Positions 36,148 to 46,238 of a stretch of DNA of 57,307 nt are shown in pieces (position 1 is the first letter of the stretch; every line of letters starts with the position of its first letter). The DNA comes from an uncultured Gammaproteobacteria bacterium (GTDB lineage: Bacteria; Patescibacteriota; Patescibacteriia; UBA9570; JBBTWU01): assembly GCA_964364425.1 (NCBI GenBank), contig CAYIMB010000003.1, forward strand, positions 1-57,307, read 5' to 3'. Both the position numbers and the translations under genes were made by a program. Under the pieces are notes generated by a model. That model saw only the letters and a program-made list of their open reading frames with translations. It was not told the origin of the DNA and made no database searches.

Positions 36148-36515
36148 AACAGCTCAGCCATTCGCTCAAATACGCTTTTAAGGGATTCAGGTTTGTATTT
36201 GTGCATGAACAGAACTTTCGAATCCAGATCTTTGTTGCCCTACTTGTTTTAATTGCCATGTTGTACTTCCGCATTACCGGCATCCGTGCCGTCATGTTAA
36301 TTTTTAGCATTGTGTCAGTCTTGGTGTTAGAGGTGATCAATTCCATTTTTGAACACCTAGTGGATTTACTCAAACCACGCCTGCATTATGTTGTGGGGGA
36401 AATAAAGAACATGATGGCCGCTTCCGTCCTTTTGGCCTCGGTTTCAGCTGGGATAGTGGGGGTGATCATTTTTTGGCCGTACCTCCTTGGTATAATTCAA
36501 CGTTTTAGTCTATAA
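36135..36515 (+). CDS. dgkA: Diacylglycerol/undecaprenol kinase family protein
   Basis: YAFKG...EQNFR; LEVINSIFEHLVD; follows ybeY. Confidence 0.85.
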   Translation: MLSLKQLSHSLKYAFKGFRFVFVHEQNFRIQIFVALLVLIAMLYFRITGIRAVMLIFSIVSVLVLEVINSIFEHLVDLLKPRLHYVVGEIKNMMAASVLLASVSAGIVGVIIFWPYLLGIIQRFSL

Positions 36516-36525
36516 TATCCAGCGT

Positions 36526-37776
36526 ATGGCACGAGAGGGTATCATTACAGGATTAGATATTGGGTCAACGACCATTCGCGTGGCTGTAGGCCAAATGAAG
36601 CCGGAAGACCGTTCCGTGCATATTATTGGTTGTGCTGAAGCACCTTCCGAGGGGATCAGCAAAGGCGTAGTCACTTCCATTGAGGACGCTGTGGCCTCCG
36701 TGAGTCAAGCACTTGAGAAGGCTGAACGTATGACCGGAATCCCGGTAGAACATGCGTATGTGTCTCTCAACGGTTCGCATGTTTTGTCTCAGGACAGTCA
36801 TGGAGTGGTGGCCGTAGCAAAAGCGAACGGCGAAATAGGTGAGGACGATGTGAAACGGGTGATTGAAGCGGCTCAAACCGTGGCCACCCCGCCCAACTAT
36901 GAGATTTTACACGTGATTCCGCGCCAATTTACCGTAGATAACCAAACCGGGATCAAAGACCCTTTGGGCATGACCGGGATTAAACTGGAGGTAGACGCTC
37001 AGATTATTTTGGGCCTCACCAGCCAGGTCAAGAATCTGACTAAAGTCATTTACCGCACTGGTGTGGATATTGATGAATTGGTGATAGGTGTGCTGGCCGC
37101 TTCTGAGTCTGTATTGACTAAAAGACAAAAAGATCTAGGTGTGGCTTTGCTCAACCTTGGGGGATTAACCTCTGGCTTGATGGTGTTTGAAGAGGGTGAG
37201 GTGCTACACACTAAGATTCTTCCAGTCGGAGCTGGGCATATCACTAACGACATTGCCATTGGTTTGCGTACCTCAGTTGATTTGGCTGAACGGATTAAGA
37301 CGGAGTTTGGGACAGTTATTCCAGATGACGTGGGTAAGCATGAGGAAATAGACCTGGCCAAGATGGATCCAAATGAAGCGGTGCGTGTGTCACGCCGGGA
37401 GGTGGCGGAGATTATTCAAGCGCGCTTGGAAGAAATTTTTTCAATGGTGAATGCAGAGTTAAAACAGATTGAGCGCCAAGGGAGCTTGCCGGCAGGTATA
37501 GTCATTACCGGCGGGGGTGCTAAGTTGCAAGGATTGGTAGAGATGGCAAAAGCCACATTTGCCTTACCGGCCAGCGTAGGTGCTCCGGCTCAATTTCAAA
37601 CGGCTATAGATAAAGTCTATGATCCGGTCTTTGCTACGGCTGTAGGGTTGGTTATGTGGGGAGCAGCTCAGCAACGGAGTGGAAACGCCGGTGATAAGGT
37701 ATTTATTCCCAGCTTTTCAGCCGTAGCGGATGTAACGGACAAAATGAAGAAGTGGTTCAAAAATTTGATGCCCTGA
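36526..37776 (+). CDS. ftsA: Cell division protein FtsA
   Basis: GLDIGST, ITNDIA, ITGGGAK. Confidence 0.96.
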   Translation: MAREGIITGLDIGSTTIRVAVGQMKPEDRSVHIIGCAEAPSEGISKGVVTSIEDAVASVSQALEKAERMTGIPVEHAYVSLNGSHVLSQDSHGVVAVAKANGEIGEDDVKRVIEAAQTVATPPNYEILHVIPRQFTVDNQTGIKDPLGMTGIKLEVDAQIILGLTSQVKNLTKVIYRTGVDIDELVIGVLAASESVLTKRQKDLGVALLNLGGLTSGLMVFEEGEVLHTKILPVGAGHITNDIAIGLRTSVDLAERIKTEFGTVIPDDVGKHEEIDLAKMDPNEAVRVSRREVAEIIQARLEEIFSMVNAELKQIERQGSLPAGIVITGGGAKLQGLVEMAKATFALPASVGAPAQFQTAIDKVYDPVFATAVGLVMWGAAQQRSGNAGDKVFIPSFSAVADVTDKMKKWFKNLMP

Positions 37777-37884
37777 ATACAAATTATACTCAGACTCCCT
37801 TGTCGAATTAAAAAGGCCTTGATATAGTCCTTTTGTAAGTATTATGGTCGAATTAATTTAGTGTTCAGGCAGACGAGTAACCAA

Positions 37885-39066
37885 ATGTCTAAAAAATCAT
37901 CCTCTCAATTTATGGAAATAAAACCAGCCATTGAGACCTTTGCCAAAATTAAAGTGGTCGGTGTGGGCGGATCCGGAGGCTCAGCCTTGTCTCGCATGAT
38001 GGATGCGGGTTTGCGCGGTGTAGATTTTGTCGCCATCAACACAGATGCTCAAGCTCTGCAACAGAATCCGTCTCCCATCAAAATTCATATTGGGAAGCAA
38101 ACCACTCGGGGTTTAGGAGCTGGAATGAATCCAGAGTTAGGTCTCAAAGCTTCTGAAGAAAGTTCAGAAGAAATCCACCAAGCTTTACTTGGTTCAGACA
38201 TGGTGTTTATCACTTGTGGTTTGGGTGGAGGAACTGGTTCCGGTGCGGGTCCTGATGTAGCGCGTGTGGCTAAAGAAGTTGGAGCTCTGACGGTGGCCAT
38301 TGTCACCAAACCATTTTCTTTTGAAGGTGAACAACGTCGGACCATTGCTGATCAGGCCTTGAACAAAATGATGGAGCATGTAGACACCATCATCACCATT
38401 CCTAATGACCGCTTACTTCAGGTGATTGATAAGAAGACTTCTTTGCTAGATGCATTTAAAGTAGTAGACGAAGTGTTGAAACAGGGTGTGCAAGGGATTT
38501 CTGAAATTATCACCATCCCAGGCTTAATCAACGTTGACTTTGCTGATGTCAAAGCGGTCATGGCTGATTCTGGCAGTGCCTTAATGGGCATTGGAACAGC
38601 AACCGGTGAAAACAGGGCTATTGAGGCCGCTAAAGCCGCGGTTGATTCTCCTTTGCTTGAAATGTCTATTGAGGGAGCTAAAGGTATCCTGTTTACCATT
38701 GCCGGCGGACCAAATTTGGGTATGTATGAAGTGAATGAAGCTGCCCGTGTGATTACTGAATCTGCTGATCCAAACGCCAAGATCATCTTTGGTTCTATCA
38801 TTGATGAGGCTTTAGGTGACGCCGTGAAGATCACCGTGGTGGCTACCGGCTTTGGAAATGTCCGCAGCAAAAAGGTGAAAGCTGCCACCAACCCGTTCCG
38901 CGACGTAACCTCTTCCAGCAACTTGGCTGATTCCGCCGTGTCGGATGCCGGTATGACTCCCATCAGATCTCAGCCCCGTCCAGTAGCGTCTGCTGTAAAG
39001 GATGATCAATCAAAAGAAGACTCAGATTTAGAAATTCCCGCCTTCATTCGGAAAAAAATGATGTAA
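37885..39066 (+). CDS. ftsZ: Cell division protein FtsZ
   Basis: GGGTGSG tubulin motif, INVDFAD, C-terminal IPAFIR; start 37885 or 37912. Confidence 0.97.
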   Translation: MSKKSSSQFMEIKPAIETFAKIKVVGVGGSGGSALSRMMDAGLRGVDFVAINTDAQALQQNPSPIKIHIGKQTTRGLGAGMNPELGLKASEESSEEIHQALLGSDMVFITCGLGGGTGSGAGPDVARVAKEVGALTVAIVTKPFSFEGEQRRTIADQALNKMMEHVDTIITIPNDRLLQVIDKKTSLLDAFKVVDEVLKQGVQGISEIITIPGLINVDFADVKAVMADSGSALMGIGTATGENRAIEAAKAAVDSPLLEMSIEGAKGILFTIAGGPNLGMYEVNEAARVITESADPNAKIIFGSIIDEALGDAVKITVVATGFGNVRSKKVKAATNPFRDVTSSSNLADSAVSDAGMTPIRSQPRPVASAVKDDQSKEDSDLEIPAFIRKKMM

Positions 39067-39138
39067 CTGGTCCGGGCGAACCTAGCCGTTTCCCTTTTCC
39101 TTTGCTATAGTTCAGGCAAGATTATTTAGATTGATCAT

Positions 39139-39615
39139 ATGTCTAACCTATCTAAATTCGTTGCCAGCCTGGTACTTGGGGCAAGCCTGCTTGTCCCGTC
39201 AATTGCTTTGGCCAAAATTTATACAAAAGTAGAGGTGCTGGAGATTTTGCTCAACAATTTCTACACAGAGGGCTATGACATTGAAACACTGGATTGTGAT
39301 TTTGATTTTAGCACTTCTGACCTGAAGTTGGCTCTCAATTCAGCGTATTCAGATGGGTATGTTGAAGATGCGCAAGTTCGGTACTTGGGACATAAGTATA
39401 CCGGCCTGACTGGTTGGCTGACTAAAAAAGATGATACCTACTACCTTTTGACCTTGAAGGGGCCAAAAAGTGCCGGGGAGAAAGAATATGGACGCATCAC
39501 CTTCAAAGCTAAAATCAAACGCCGGAACCCATACGGTGACATGAAAGGGACCATTACGGTAAAACGTACAGACAGCAACTCATTCTCAGCCTGCTCCGCT
39601 AAATCGTCATTTTGA
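39139..39615 (+). CDS. Hypothetical exported protein
   Basis: Signal peptide ending ALA-K. Confidence 0.65.
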   Translation: MSNLSKFVASLVLGASLLVPSIALAKIYTKVEVLEILLNNFYTEGYDIETLDCDFDFSTSDLKLALNSAYSDGYVEDAQVRYLGHKYTGLTGWLTKKDDTYYLLTLKGPKSAGEKEYGRITFKAKIKRRNPYGDMKGTITVKRTDSNSFSACSAKSSF

Positions 39616-39678
39616 GCCTTGTTCCTCCCATGATATACTAGAACCAGGAGTTATTTTAAGTTTTTTTTGGGAGGATAT

Positions 39679-41661
39679 ATGAAAATTCGACTTTCACTGA
39701 TCAGTCTGGCCACAGGTTCGGCATTTGTCTTGTTGTTTGGCTTGGTCCAACCAAGTTGGGCTTCAGGTGATTATTACGTCAATGCCAATTCAGCTGATAA
39801 AAGTGATGATAACTCTTGTCGGTCAACATCAGCTCCGTGCGCCAGTCTGAACGGTGTGATAAGTAAAATTTTGGAATCGGCCACTCCCCAAAATTCAACC
39901 GTGTATGCTCAAGGGACATTCACGGAAAGCGTCTTAATTGGTGATACTGAATTGGAAGGTTTGACCCTCACTTGGATGAACAAAGGCACACGGCCAGTGG
40001 TGAATGCCGCAGGTGAACAAATGGTGATTATCATTTCTTTCGTAGATAATGTGAGCATTAAGCATTTTGATCTTCAGGGCAGTCAAAATTACGGTATCTA
40101 TGCCTATGGCAGTTCAGACACGCATATTCAGAATTTGACCATTCAAGACTGTATCATCCATGACCTGGATGCAGACACAACTGCACATTACGGAATTTTG
40201 ATCAATAGCGTAGATGATGCCCTCATTAAAGAGAATACAATTCACTCGATTGGAAGTACCAACACAAATGCAGATATATATGCTACTGCATATGCAATTT
40301 ACGTTCAACGCTCTGACCGACCACACGTGATTAATAACATGATTCGAGACTTCACTGTAGATGTTACTTTTACAGAAGAGAATAGCTACGTGTACCCCTT
40401 GGTGAGCGGGGTGTATGTGTATGAAGCGGATGGTGCACTGATCAAGAATAATGAAATTAAAGACATTGTTTCCAAAGCAACTCAATCGTACGCTTCTGGG
40501 TATCTGTATAGCTTTACCTACGGAATATTTCTGCAGAACTCACTTCATTCCACTATATCCAGGAATACCTTGCGCCGACCAAAGATTCGGGCTGTGTCTA
40601 ACGCAGATGGGACAACCCCGTATGCCTACTTATACGGTATATATGCAATCTTAACTGATGATACGGTGATCAGTCGGAATAAAATTTTGAACCCGTCGGT
40701 GAGTGCACAAGTCTTGGATGATGAAGGAAGCCAAGCATATTTTTATGGAATTTTTACCGACAGTATTGGTCAAGTGAACGTAACGCGGAATACCATTCGG
40801 GACGCTTCAGCTAAAGCTATAAATGGATCAGGTAGTCCTGTCCTGTATGGGTTATATATTAATGATGTTGAACAGCCTTACGTTGCCAACAACAGGTTAA
40901 TTGATCTGGAAACTTCTGCTGAGGGGACCGGCGGTGCCACTACCTATGCCATGAGAATCTCAGATTCCCCAATGACGGATATAGTGCATAACCGAATAGA
41001 AAATTTCACCGCAGCAGTTACTGCAGATGACGCAAATAATGATTCCTTGGGTATCTACATAGATTACAACTCCAGTGCAGACATCTTAAACAACCTGATC
41101 TATTTCACAGAGTCCGCTACCCAACACAATATTGACGGAATTGTAGTAGATTCAGCTCAGGCTGATCCAGTACGTATTTTTCACAATACCATGCTTAATA
41201 TGCGCACTTGTCTGCAAGTAGAGAATGGTGCGGTGCTGGAATTTGAAAACAATCTGTGCGCTTTGAGCACCAGCGGGGCTTACGGTGTACAGATAGATGG
41301 TGATGCCTATGATCTTGCCAGCGGGTTTATCAGTAATTACAACTTGTTTTACAACTCGGCTGAAGAAGTTCTCATGAATGACTTGGCTGTTGGTATTCTC
41401 AGTTGGTCTGATTGGAGGTCAGGTGAATACAAACAAGATAAGAAGAGTGTCAAACAAAATCCGCAACTCAACGTCAGCGATCCAACCAAGAAAGGATACT
41501 TACATCTCAAAGCGGACTCACCCGCTATGAATGCTGGTGACGCGGATGTTAATTTTGGAACTGATGCTGTTATGAACGGACTACTGGGCGCGGATTGGGA
41601 CAACCAAGTCAGACCTAAAGGCGCAACCTATGATATTGGTGCAGATGAATTTACCCTATGA
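39679..41661 (+). CDS. Secreted right-handed parallel beta-helix protein
   Basis: Signal peptide; repeated I.NN.I / YGI.. units; C-terminal SPAMNAG...YDIGADE. Confidence 0.8.
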   Translation: MKIRLSLISLATGSAFVLLFGLVQPSWASGDYYVNANSADKSDDNSCRSTSAPCASLNGVISKILESATPQNSTVYAQGTFTESVLIGDTELEGLTLTWMNKGTRPVVNAAGEQMVIIISFVDNVSIKHFDLQGSQNYGIYAYGSSDTHIQNLTIQDCIIHDLDADTTAHYGILINSVDDALIKENTIHSIGSTNTNADIYATAYAIYVQRSDRPHVINNMIRDFTVDVTFTEENSYVYPLVSGVYVYEADGALIKNNEIKDIVSKATQSYASGYLYSFTYGIFLQNSLHSTISRNTLRRPKIRAVSNADGTTPYAYLYGIYAILTDDTVISRNKILNPSVSAQVLDDEGSQAYFYGIFTDSIGQVNVTRNTIRDASAKAINGSGSPVLYGLYINDVEQPYVANNRLIDLETSAEGTGGATTYAMRISDSPMTDIVHNRIENFTAAVTADDANNDSLGIYIDYNSSADILNNLIYFTESATQHNIDGIVVDSAQADPVRIFHNTMLNMRTCLQVENGAVLEFENNLCALSTSGAYGVQIDGDAYDLASGFISNYNLFYNSAEEVLMNDLAVGILSWSDWRSGEYKQDKKSVKQNPQLNVSDPTKKGYLHLKADSPAMNAGDADVNFGTDAVMNGLLGADWDNQVRPKGATYDIGADEFTL

Positions 41662-42119
41662 AATGTCCCAGTTGTGGAAATGAAGACACTCGGGTGGTAG
41701 ATTCCCGCGCCTTAAGTGAAGGCATGGCCATCCGCCGCAGACGGGAATGTGAACAATGTGGTTTCAGGTTTTCCACGCACGAGGAAATCGAATTATTAAA
41801 CTTAAAAGTGAAGAAGCGGGATTCCGAAGAAGAATTGTACGACCGTTTGAAATTGGAACGGGGGATTAGTCGGGCTTTGGAGAAGCGTCCGGTGGATCCG
41901 GAAGTGACGAGTCAGTTGATCACGGCTGTTGAGAGAGATATTCAACTGAAGGCTAAGGGAGATTTGATTAGCTCTGAGGATATTGGTGAAATTGTTATGC
42001 GTCACCTGAAACGACTGGACAAAGTGGCGTTTATACGCTTTGCTTCCGTCTACAGACAGTTTGAAGACTTGGAAGAATTCAGGGAAGAATTGGATAAATT
42101 ATTGAAGAAAAAACGCTAA
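41658..42119 (+). CDS. nrdR: Transcriptional repressor NrdR
   Basis: MKCPSC, VVDSR, RRRREC..C, RFASVY. Confidence 0.96.
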   Translation: MKCPSCGNEDTRVVDSRALSEGMAIRRRRECEQCGFRFSTHEEIELLNLKVKKRDSEEELYDRLKLERGISRALEKRPVDPEVTSQLITAVERDIQLKAKGDLISSEDIGEIVMRHLKRLDKVAFIRFASVYRQFEDLEEFREELDKLLKKKR

Positions 42120-42685
42120 TGTATTGGAAGCCAGAACAAGCTGACATGCCTGACCAGAAGTCTTACGGGAAGGTGCATGTGTATACCGGGGAAGGGAAGG
42201 GAAAGACCACGGCCGCTTTAGGCTTGGCCTTGCGGGCTGTGGGTCATGGGAAGCGCGTGCTGATTGTTCAGTTTTTGCATGGCAATAAACAAGCTGGTGA
42301 GTTTTTAGCCCAGAACAGATTGGCTCCACATGTGGAGATTGTACAATTTGGAACACCAGAAGGAGCAAACGTTCTGAACCCTAGTGATATAGATTTGTAT
42401 ATTGCTCAGCAAGCCATGGAGTACATTCGTAAGGAAATGGTCAGGCGCCGGCCCGACATTCTGATTTTGGATGAAATTCTTCCGGCCATTCACTTTGGTC
42501 TGTTGGATGTAAAAGATGTAGTCGATTTTCTGGAGAACAAACATGCCCAGTTAGAAGTGGTGTTGACCGGACGTTACGCTCATCCGGAAATTTTAAACAG
42601 GGCGGATTTGATTACCGTAATGCAGTCCGTGAAATCCTACCTTACCGCAGAGGGCTTTGAGGGTCGTCAGGGGATAGAGCATTAA
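42119..42685 (+). CDS. cobO: Cob(I)alamin adenosyltransferase CobO/BtuR, copy 1
   Basis: YTGEGKGKTTAA, ILDE, VLTGR, GIEH. Confidence 0.9.
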   Translation: MYWKPEQADMPDQKSYGKVHVYTGEGKGKTTAALGLALRAVGHGKRVLIVQFLHGNKQAGEFLAQNRLAPHVEIVQFGTPEGANVLNPSDIDLYIAQQAMEYIRKEMVRRRPDILILDEILPAIHFGLLDVKDVVDFLENKHAQLEVVLTGRYAHPEILNRADLITVMQSVKSYLTAEGFEGRQGIEH

Positions 42686-42696
42686 ACTTTTGACCC

Positions 42697-43416
42697 GTGA
42701 CGCAATTTGACTACCAAGGCGTGCTAACGTCTAAAAAATACATTGCCCCGGATACGGTGGAGCTGAAAATTCGTCTTGTGCAGCCAACTGAAATACACTT
42801 TACAGCCGGTCAGTTTGTGAATATTCAAGCCGGAGATAAGTTGTTCCGTCCCTATTCCATTGCTTCTGCTCCAAGCCAAAAGAGTGAGTTACATTTTGCT
42901 ATTAAATTAGTGAAAGGCGGTAAAGCTTCCGCGGTATTTGAACACATTCAGGTGGGATCAAAGGTGAATGTCAAGGGTCCGTTTGGAAAGTTCGTGGTGA
43001 GTGATGAGGCGGACAGACCTGACCGGAGAAATCGATTTATATTTGTTGCTAGCGGGACGGGATTGGCACCTGTCTTGTCACAACTTAAAGCGTTATTTGA
43101 ACAAAAAAATCATTTACCTAAGACGTTATACTTTGGGTTTTATGACTCAGCTCGGTATTTATACCGTGAGATGTTGGAAACTTGGGAGAAGGAACATTTG
43201 GAGTTTAGAGTGGTGCCTGTGGTGTCTGACCAACCAGTGGACGTGCCGTGGGAGGGTGAACGGGGATTTGTGACTGCACTCTTGGAAAAAGATATTACGG
43301 ATGTGAACGGACTGGACGTATACGTCTGCGGGAATCCGTTAATGGTTCAGGCAGTGAAGCCGATTCTGTTGGTCAAAGGAGTTGATCCAAAACATGTGCA
43401 TGAAGAACGTTTCTAA
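42697..43416 (+). CDS. FAD/NAD(P)-binding oxidoreductase (FNR family)
   Basis: RPYSIAS, GPFG, ASGTGLAP, YVCG, C-terminal ERF. Confidence 0.9.
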   Translation: MTQFDYQGVLTSKKYIAPDTVELKIRLVQPTEIHFTAGQFVNIQAGDKLFRPYSIASAPSQKSELHFAIKLVKGGKASAVFEHIQVGSKVNVKGPFGKFVVSDEADRPDRRNRFIFVASGTGLAPVLSQLKALFEQKNHLPKTLYFGFYDSARYLYREMLETWEKEHLEFRVVPVVSDQPVDVPWEGERGFVTALLEKDITDVNGLDVYVCGNPLMVQAVKPILLVKGVDPKHVHEERF

Positions 43417-44557
43417 ATTACTATATTTTGATCATGCCGCAATTTCTCCCGTGCGGCCGGAAGTGTTGCAAGAACTGGAGCGGGTCAGCCAGGAAGCTTG
43501 GGGCAATCCCAGCTCCCTGCATGGTGTTGGCCGGACGGCCAAAGCAGTGTTGGATAACTCGCGGGAGGTGTTGACACACACCCTGTTTGGTGCCCGGCCT
43601 GGCCAAGTTATTTTTACCAGCGGGGGAACGGAAGGAAATAACTTGGTGCTCAGAGGTGTAGTTGAGGCCAAGGGGGTGAAAGGTGTGCATATTATTTCTC
43701 AACCTACAGAACACACCTCTGTGTTAGAGGTCTTGCGTGCGTTAGAACAAGAAGGCGCGGAGGTTACTTGGTTGCCGGTGGATGAATTTGGGTTGGTGAA
43801 TGTAGACGATTTGAAACGGGCGGTCCGTCCAAATACGGCCCTCATTTCCATCATGTCCGCCAATAATGAAATTGGAACAGTTCAGCCCATCAAGACACTA
43901 GCAGAAGCGGCCAAAGCCGACGCACCCACAGCAGTATTTCACACGGATGCTTGCCAAACGGCTGGCTGGCTAAATTTGAAAGACCTGGGTCCGTTAGATG
44001 CCATCACCATCACCGGTACAAAGTTCGGCGGACCTCGTGCCGGAGCCGTATGGGTGAGGCGCGGACTACGGCTGGAACCTCTTCAGTTGGGAGGTGGCCA
44101 AGAGTCCGGGTTGCGCAGTGGCACTGAGGCGGTGCCGGAGATTGCTGGATTAGCCAAAGCGGTAGAATTAGCCGGCCAAGAACGGGAAAATCGAACCAGA
44201 CAACTAATTATTTGGAGAGATCAACTGATCCGGGCCTTCTTGGAGTTGCCTCAGAGCAGACTCAACGGCCATGCTACCCAACGCCTCCCCCAAAACGTCC
44301 ACCTCAGTTTTGCCGGAGTTTCCGGGGAAACTCTCTTGGTCGCCTTGGACCAAGCCGGCCTAGCCGCCTCTACCGGATCAGCTTGCGCAGCCGGTTCTAT
44401 AGGGGAATCTCACGTTTTCAAGGCCATTGGATTGCCAAAACGGTACATCCGTGGCAGTCTAAGGCTCACTTTGGGTTGGTCAACCACTGAACAAGAGGTC
44501 AAGGCCGGACTGAAACTCATCCCCAAAGTCATTAAGGACTTACGTACAAAACCATGA
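43400..44557 (+). CDS. iscS: Cysteine desulfurase (IscS/NifS type)
   Basis: FTSGGTEGNN, NNEIG, HTDACQ, STGSAC; PLP lysine in variant TGTK motif. Confidence 0.88.
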   Translation: MKNVSKLLYFDHAAISPVRPEVLQELERVSQEAWGNPSSLHGVGRTAKAVLDNSREVLTHTLFGARPGQVIFTSGGTEGNNLVLRGVVEAKGVKGVHIISQPTEHTSVLEVLRALEQEGAEVTWLPVDEFGLVNVDDLKRAVRPNTALISIMSANNEIGTVQPIKTLAEAAKADAPTAVFHTDACQTAGWLNLKDLGPLDAITITGTKFGGPRAGAVWVRRGLRLEPLQLGGGQESGLRSGTEAVPEIAGLAKAVELAGQERENRTRQLIIWRDQLIRAFLELPQSRLNGHATQRLPQNVHLSFAGVSGETLLVALDQAGLAASTGSACAAGSIGESHVFKAIGLPKRYIRGSLRLTLGWSTTEQEVKAGLKLIPKVIKDLRTKP

Positions 44558-44880
44558 ATTTAGATAGTATTGCCGTGTGCCACGGTGGGCGCTGCTCACT
44601 CAAAGGCTCAGACCATATGAAACGGTCTATAGAGGATTTATGGCGCCATAAATATGCGGACAAATATCCTCAAGTGAAGATTGTGGCCACTGGCTGCAAC
44701 GGCGGCTGCGACCAGGGAATTATTGTGATTGTAAACGGAACGGTAGTGGGTAAACACGCGGACACCAAATTTATTGAAGCCTTGTTTGAAAATCCAGACG
44801 CCACGGTCACGGCCATTGTAGAAGCGGAAAGTAAAGACACAGCTACGCTTGAGCGGATTGTGGCCGGAGAATTATTCTGA
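44554..44880 (+). CDS. Thioredoxin-like [2Fe-2S] ferredoxin
   Basis: CX4C...CX3C. Confidence 0.75.
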   Translation: MNLDSIAVCHGGRCSLKGSDHMKRSIEDLWRHKYADKYPQVKIVATGCNGGCDQGIIVIVNGTVVGKHADTKFIEALFENPDATVTAIVEAESKDTATLERIVAGELF

Positions 44881-44961
44881 AATAAAATAACCCTAGTTTT
44901 AATTGAAGTCACCTGAGGCTTATGTTAAGCTTCGTCTGGATAAAAATCTAAAATTTTTAGA

Positions 44962-45576
44962 ATGGCTATGGATACAAAACTCCCATTTGATCCGGGAACA
45001 CTCACCGGAATCAGTGACAAGACCATCATGATTCACGCTGATAAGCTGTATCAGGGGTATGTCAAAAAGAAAAAAGAGATCCAAGATAAGTTAGCGGGAT
45101 TAAGTGCGGATGACCTGACTAGTGCCAATCAAAGCTTTAGCGCTTTACGTGCGTTGAAAGACGGCGAAACTTTCTCAGTCAATGGCGTCTACTTGCATGA
45201 GTTTTATTTTTCAGCCTTGGGTGGAGCTGGTGAGCCAACAGGTGCGCTGGTAGAAGAGATCAAAAAAGTCTACGGTTGGGATCAGTTTGTAGCTGCTTTT
45301 TCTGCTTGCGGCATGGCCGCCCGCGGTTGGGTGATTTTGGCGTGGGACACACGTGAAGGACGTCTACGGATCTATACTGCTGATGTGCACAACCAAGGCG
45401 GGGTCTGGGGTTGTATCCCACTCCTGGTTCTGGATGTGTATGAACACGCTTATTTTATTGATTATGGTGCTGACCGCAAAGCCTATATCACTGACTGGTG
45501 GAAAAACCTGAACTGGAGCGCGGCAGATGCTATCTATACCAAAGTTCAAGGCATGAAATTCGATTTACCCATGTAA
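44962..45576 (+). CDS. Fe/Mn superoxide dismutase family protein
   Basis: DVYEHAY; LHEFYF. Confidence 0.9.
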   Translation: MAMDTKLPFDPGTLTGISDKTIMIHADKLYQGYVKKKKEIQDKLAGLSADDLTSANQSFSALRALKDGETFSVNGVYLHEFYFSALGGAGEPTGALVEEIKKVYGWDQFVAAFSACGMAARGWVILAWDTREGRLRIYTADVHNQGGVWGCIPLLVLDVYEHAYFIDYGADRKAYITDWWKNLNWSAADAIYTKVQGMKFDLPM

Positions 45577-45593
45577 TTAATGATACTCAACAT

Positions 45594-46112
45594 ATGATCA
45601 AAGTAGGAAAACTAGCTCCGGAGTTCCGCGTGGAAGCTCTGGTGGGTACAGAGTTCAAAGACGTAGCTTTACGCGACTATAAAGGGAAATGGGTGGTGTT
45701 GTATTTCTACCCCCTGGATTTCACCTTCATCTGTCCAACTGAAATTACCGAGTTTAACGACCGGTATGAAGAGTTCACCAAGCTGAAGGCTGAGGTGTTG
45801 GGTTGTTCCACAGACTCCGTACACAGCCACAAAGCTTGGATGCAACAGTTAGGCGGACTGAAATACCCATTATTGTCAGATAATACGCATGAAGTCAGCC
45901 GGTCGTATGATGTGTTGATTGAAGAAAAGGGGATTGCTTTGCGTGGAGTGTTCATTATTGATTCAGATGGGATGCTGCGCTATGCCGCGGTGCATGATTT
46001 GTCGGTGGGTCGGAGCGTAGATGAGGTGTTACGAGTCTTGAACGGTCTTCAGTCCGGCCAACTCTGCCCAGTCGGCTGGAAACCGGGGCAGAAGACCTTG
46101 GGCCAGGCCTAA
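45594..46112 (+). CDS. ahpC: 2-Cys peroxiredoxin (AhpC/TSA)
   Basis: FYPLDFTFICPTE; LCPVGW; probable start ATG 45594. Confidence 0.92.
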   Translation: MIKVGKLAPEFRVEALVGTEFKDVALRDYKGKWVVLYFYPLDFTFICPTEITEFNDRYEEFTKLKAEVLGCSTDSVHSHKAWMQQLGGLKYPLLSDNTHEVSRSYDVLIEEKGIALRGVFIIDSDGMLRYAAVHDLSVGRSVDEVLRVLNGLQSGQLCPVGWKPGQKTLGQA

Positions 46113-46168
46113 AGTTCAAAAAGTTTTCCACACCAGGTAAATTTTGGCTAATCTGAGGCAATTTCGCA

Positions 46169-46217
46169 AAACAATATATTGTGTTATGATATTAGCCAAG
46201 TACACAACATATAGTAT
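46169..46217 (+). promoter_or_regulatory. Tandem NrdR boxes upstream of nrdJ
   Basis: AAACAATATATTGTGT and ACACAACATATAGTAT match acaCwAtATaTwGtgt; 33-bp period. Confidence 0.8.
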
Positions 46218-46238
46218 TAATTAACCAAATGGTCCCCT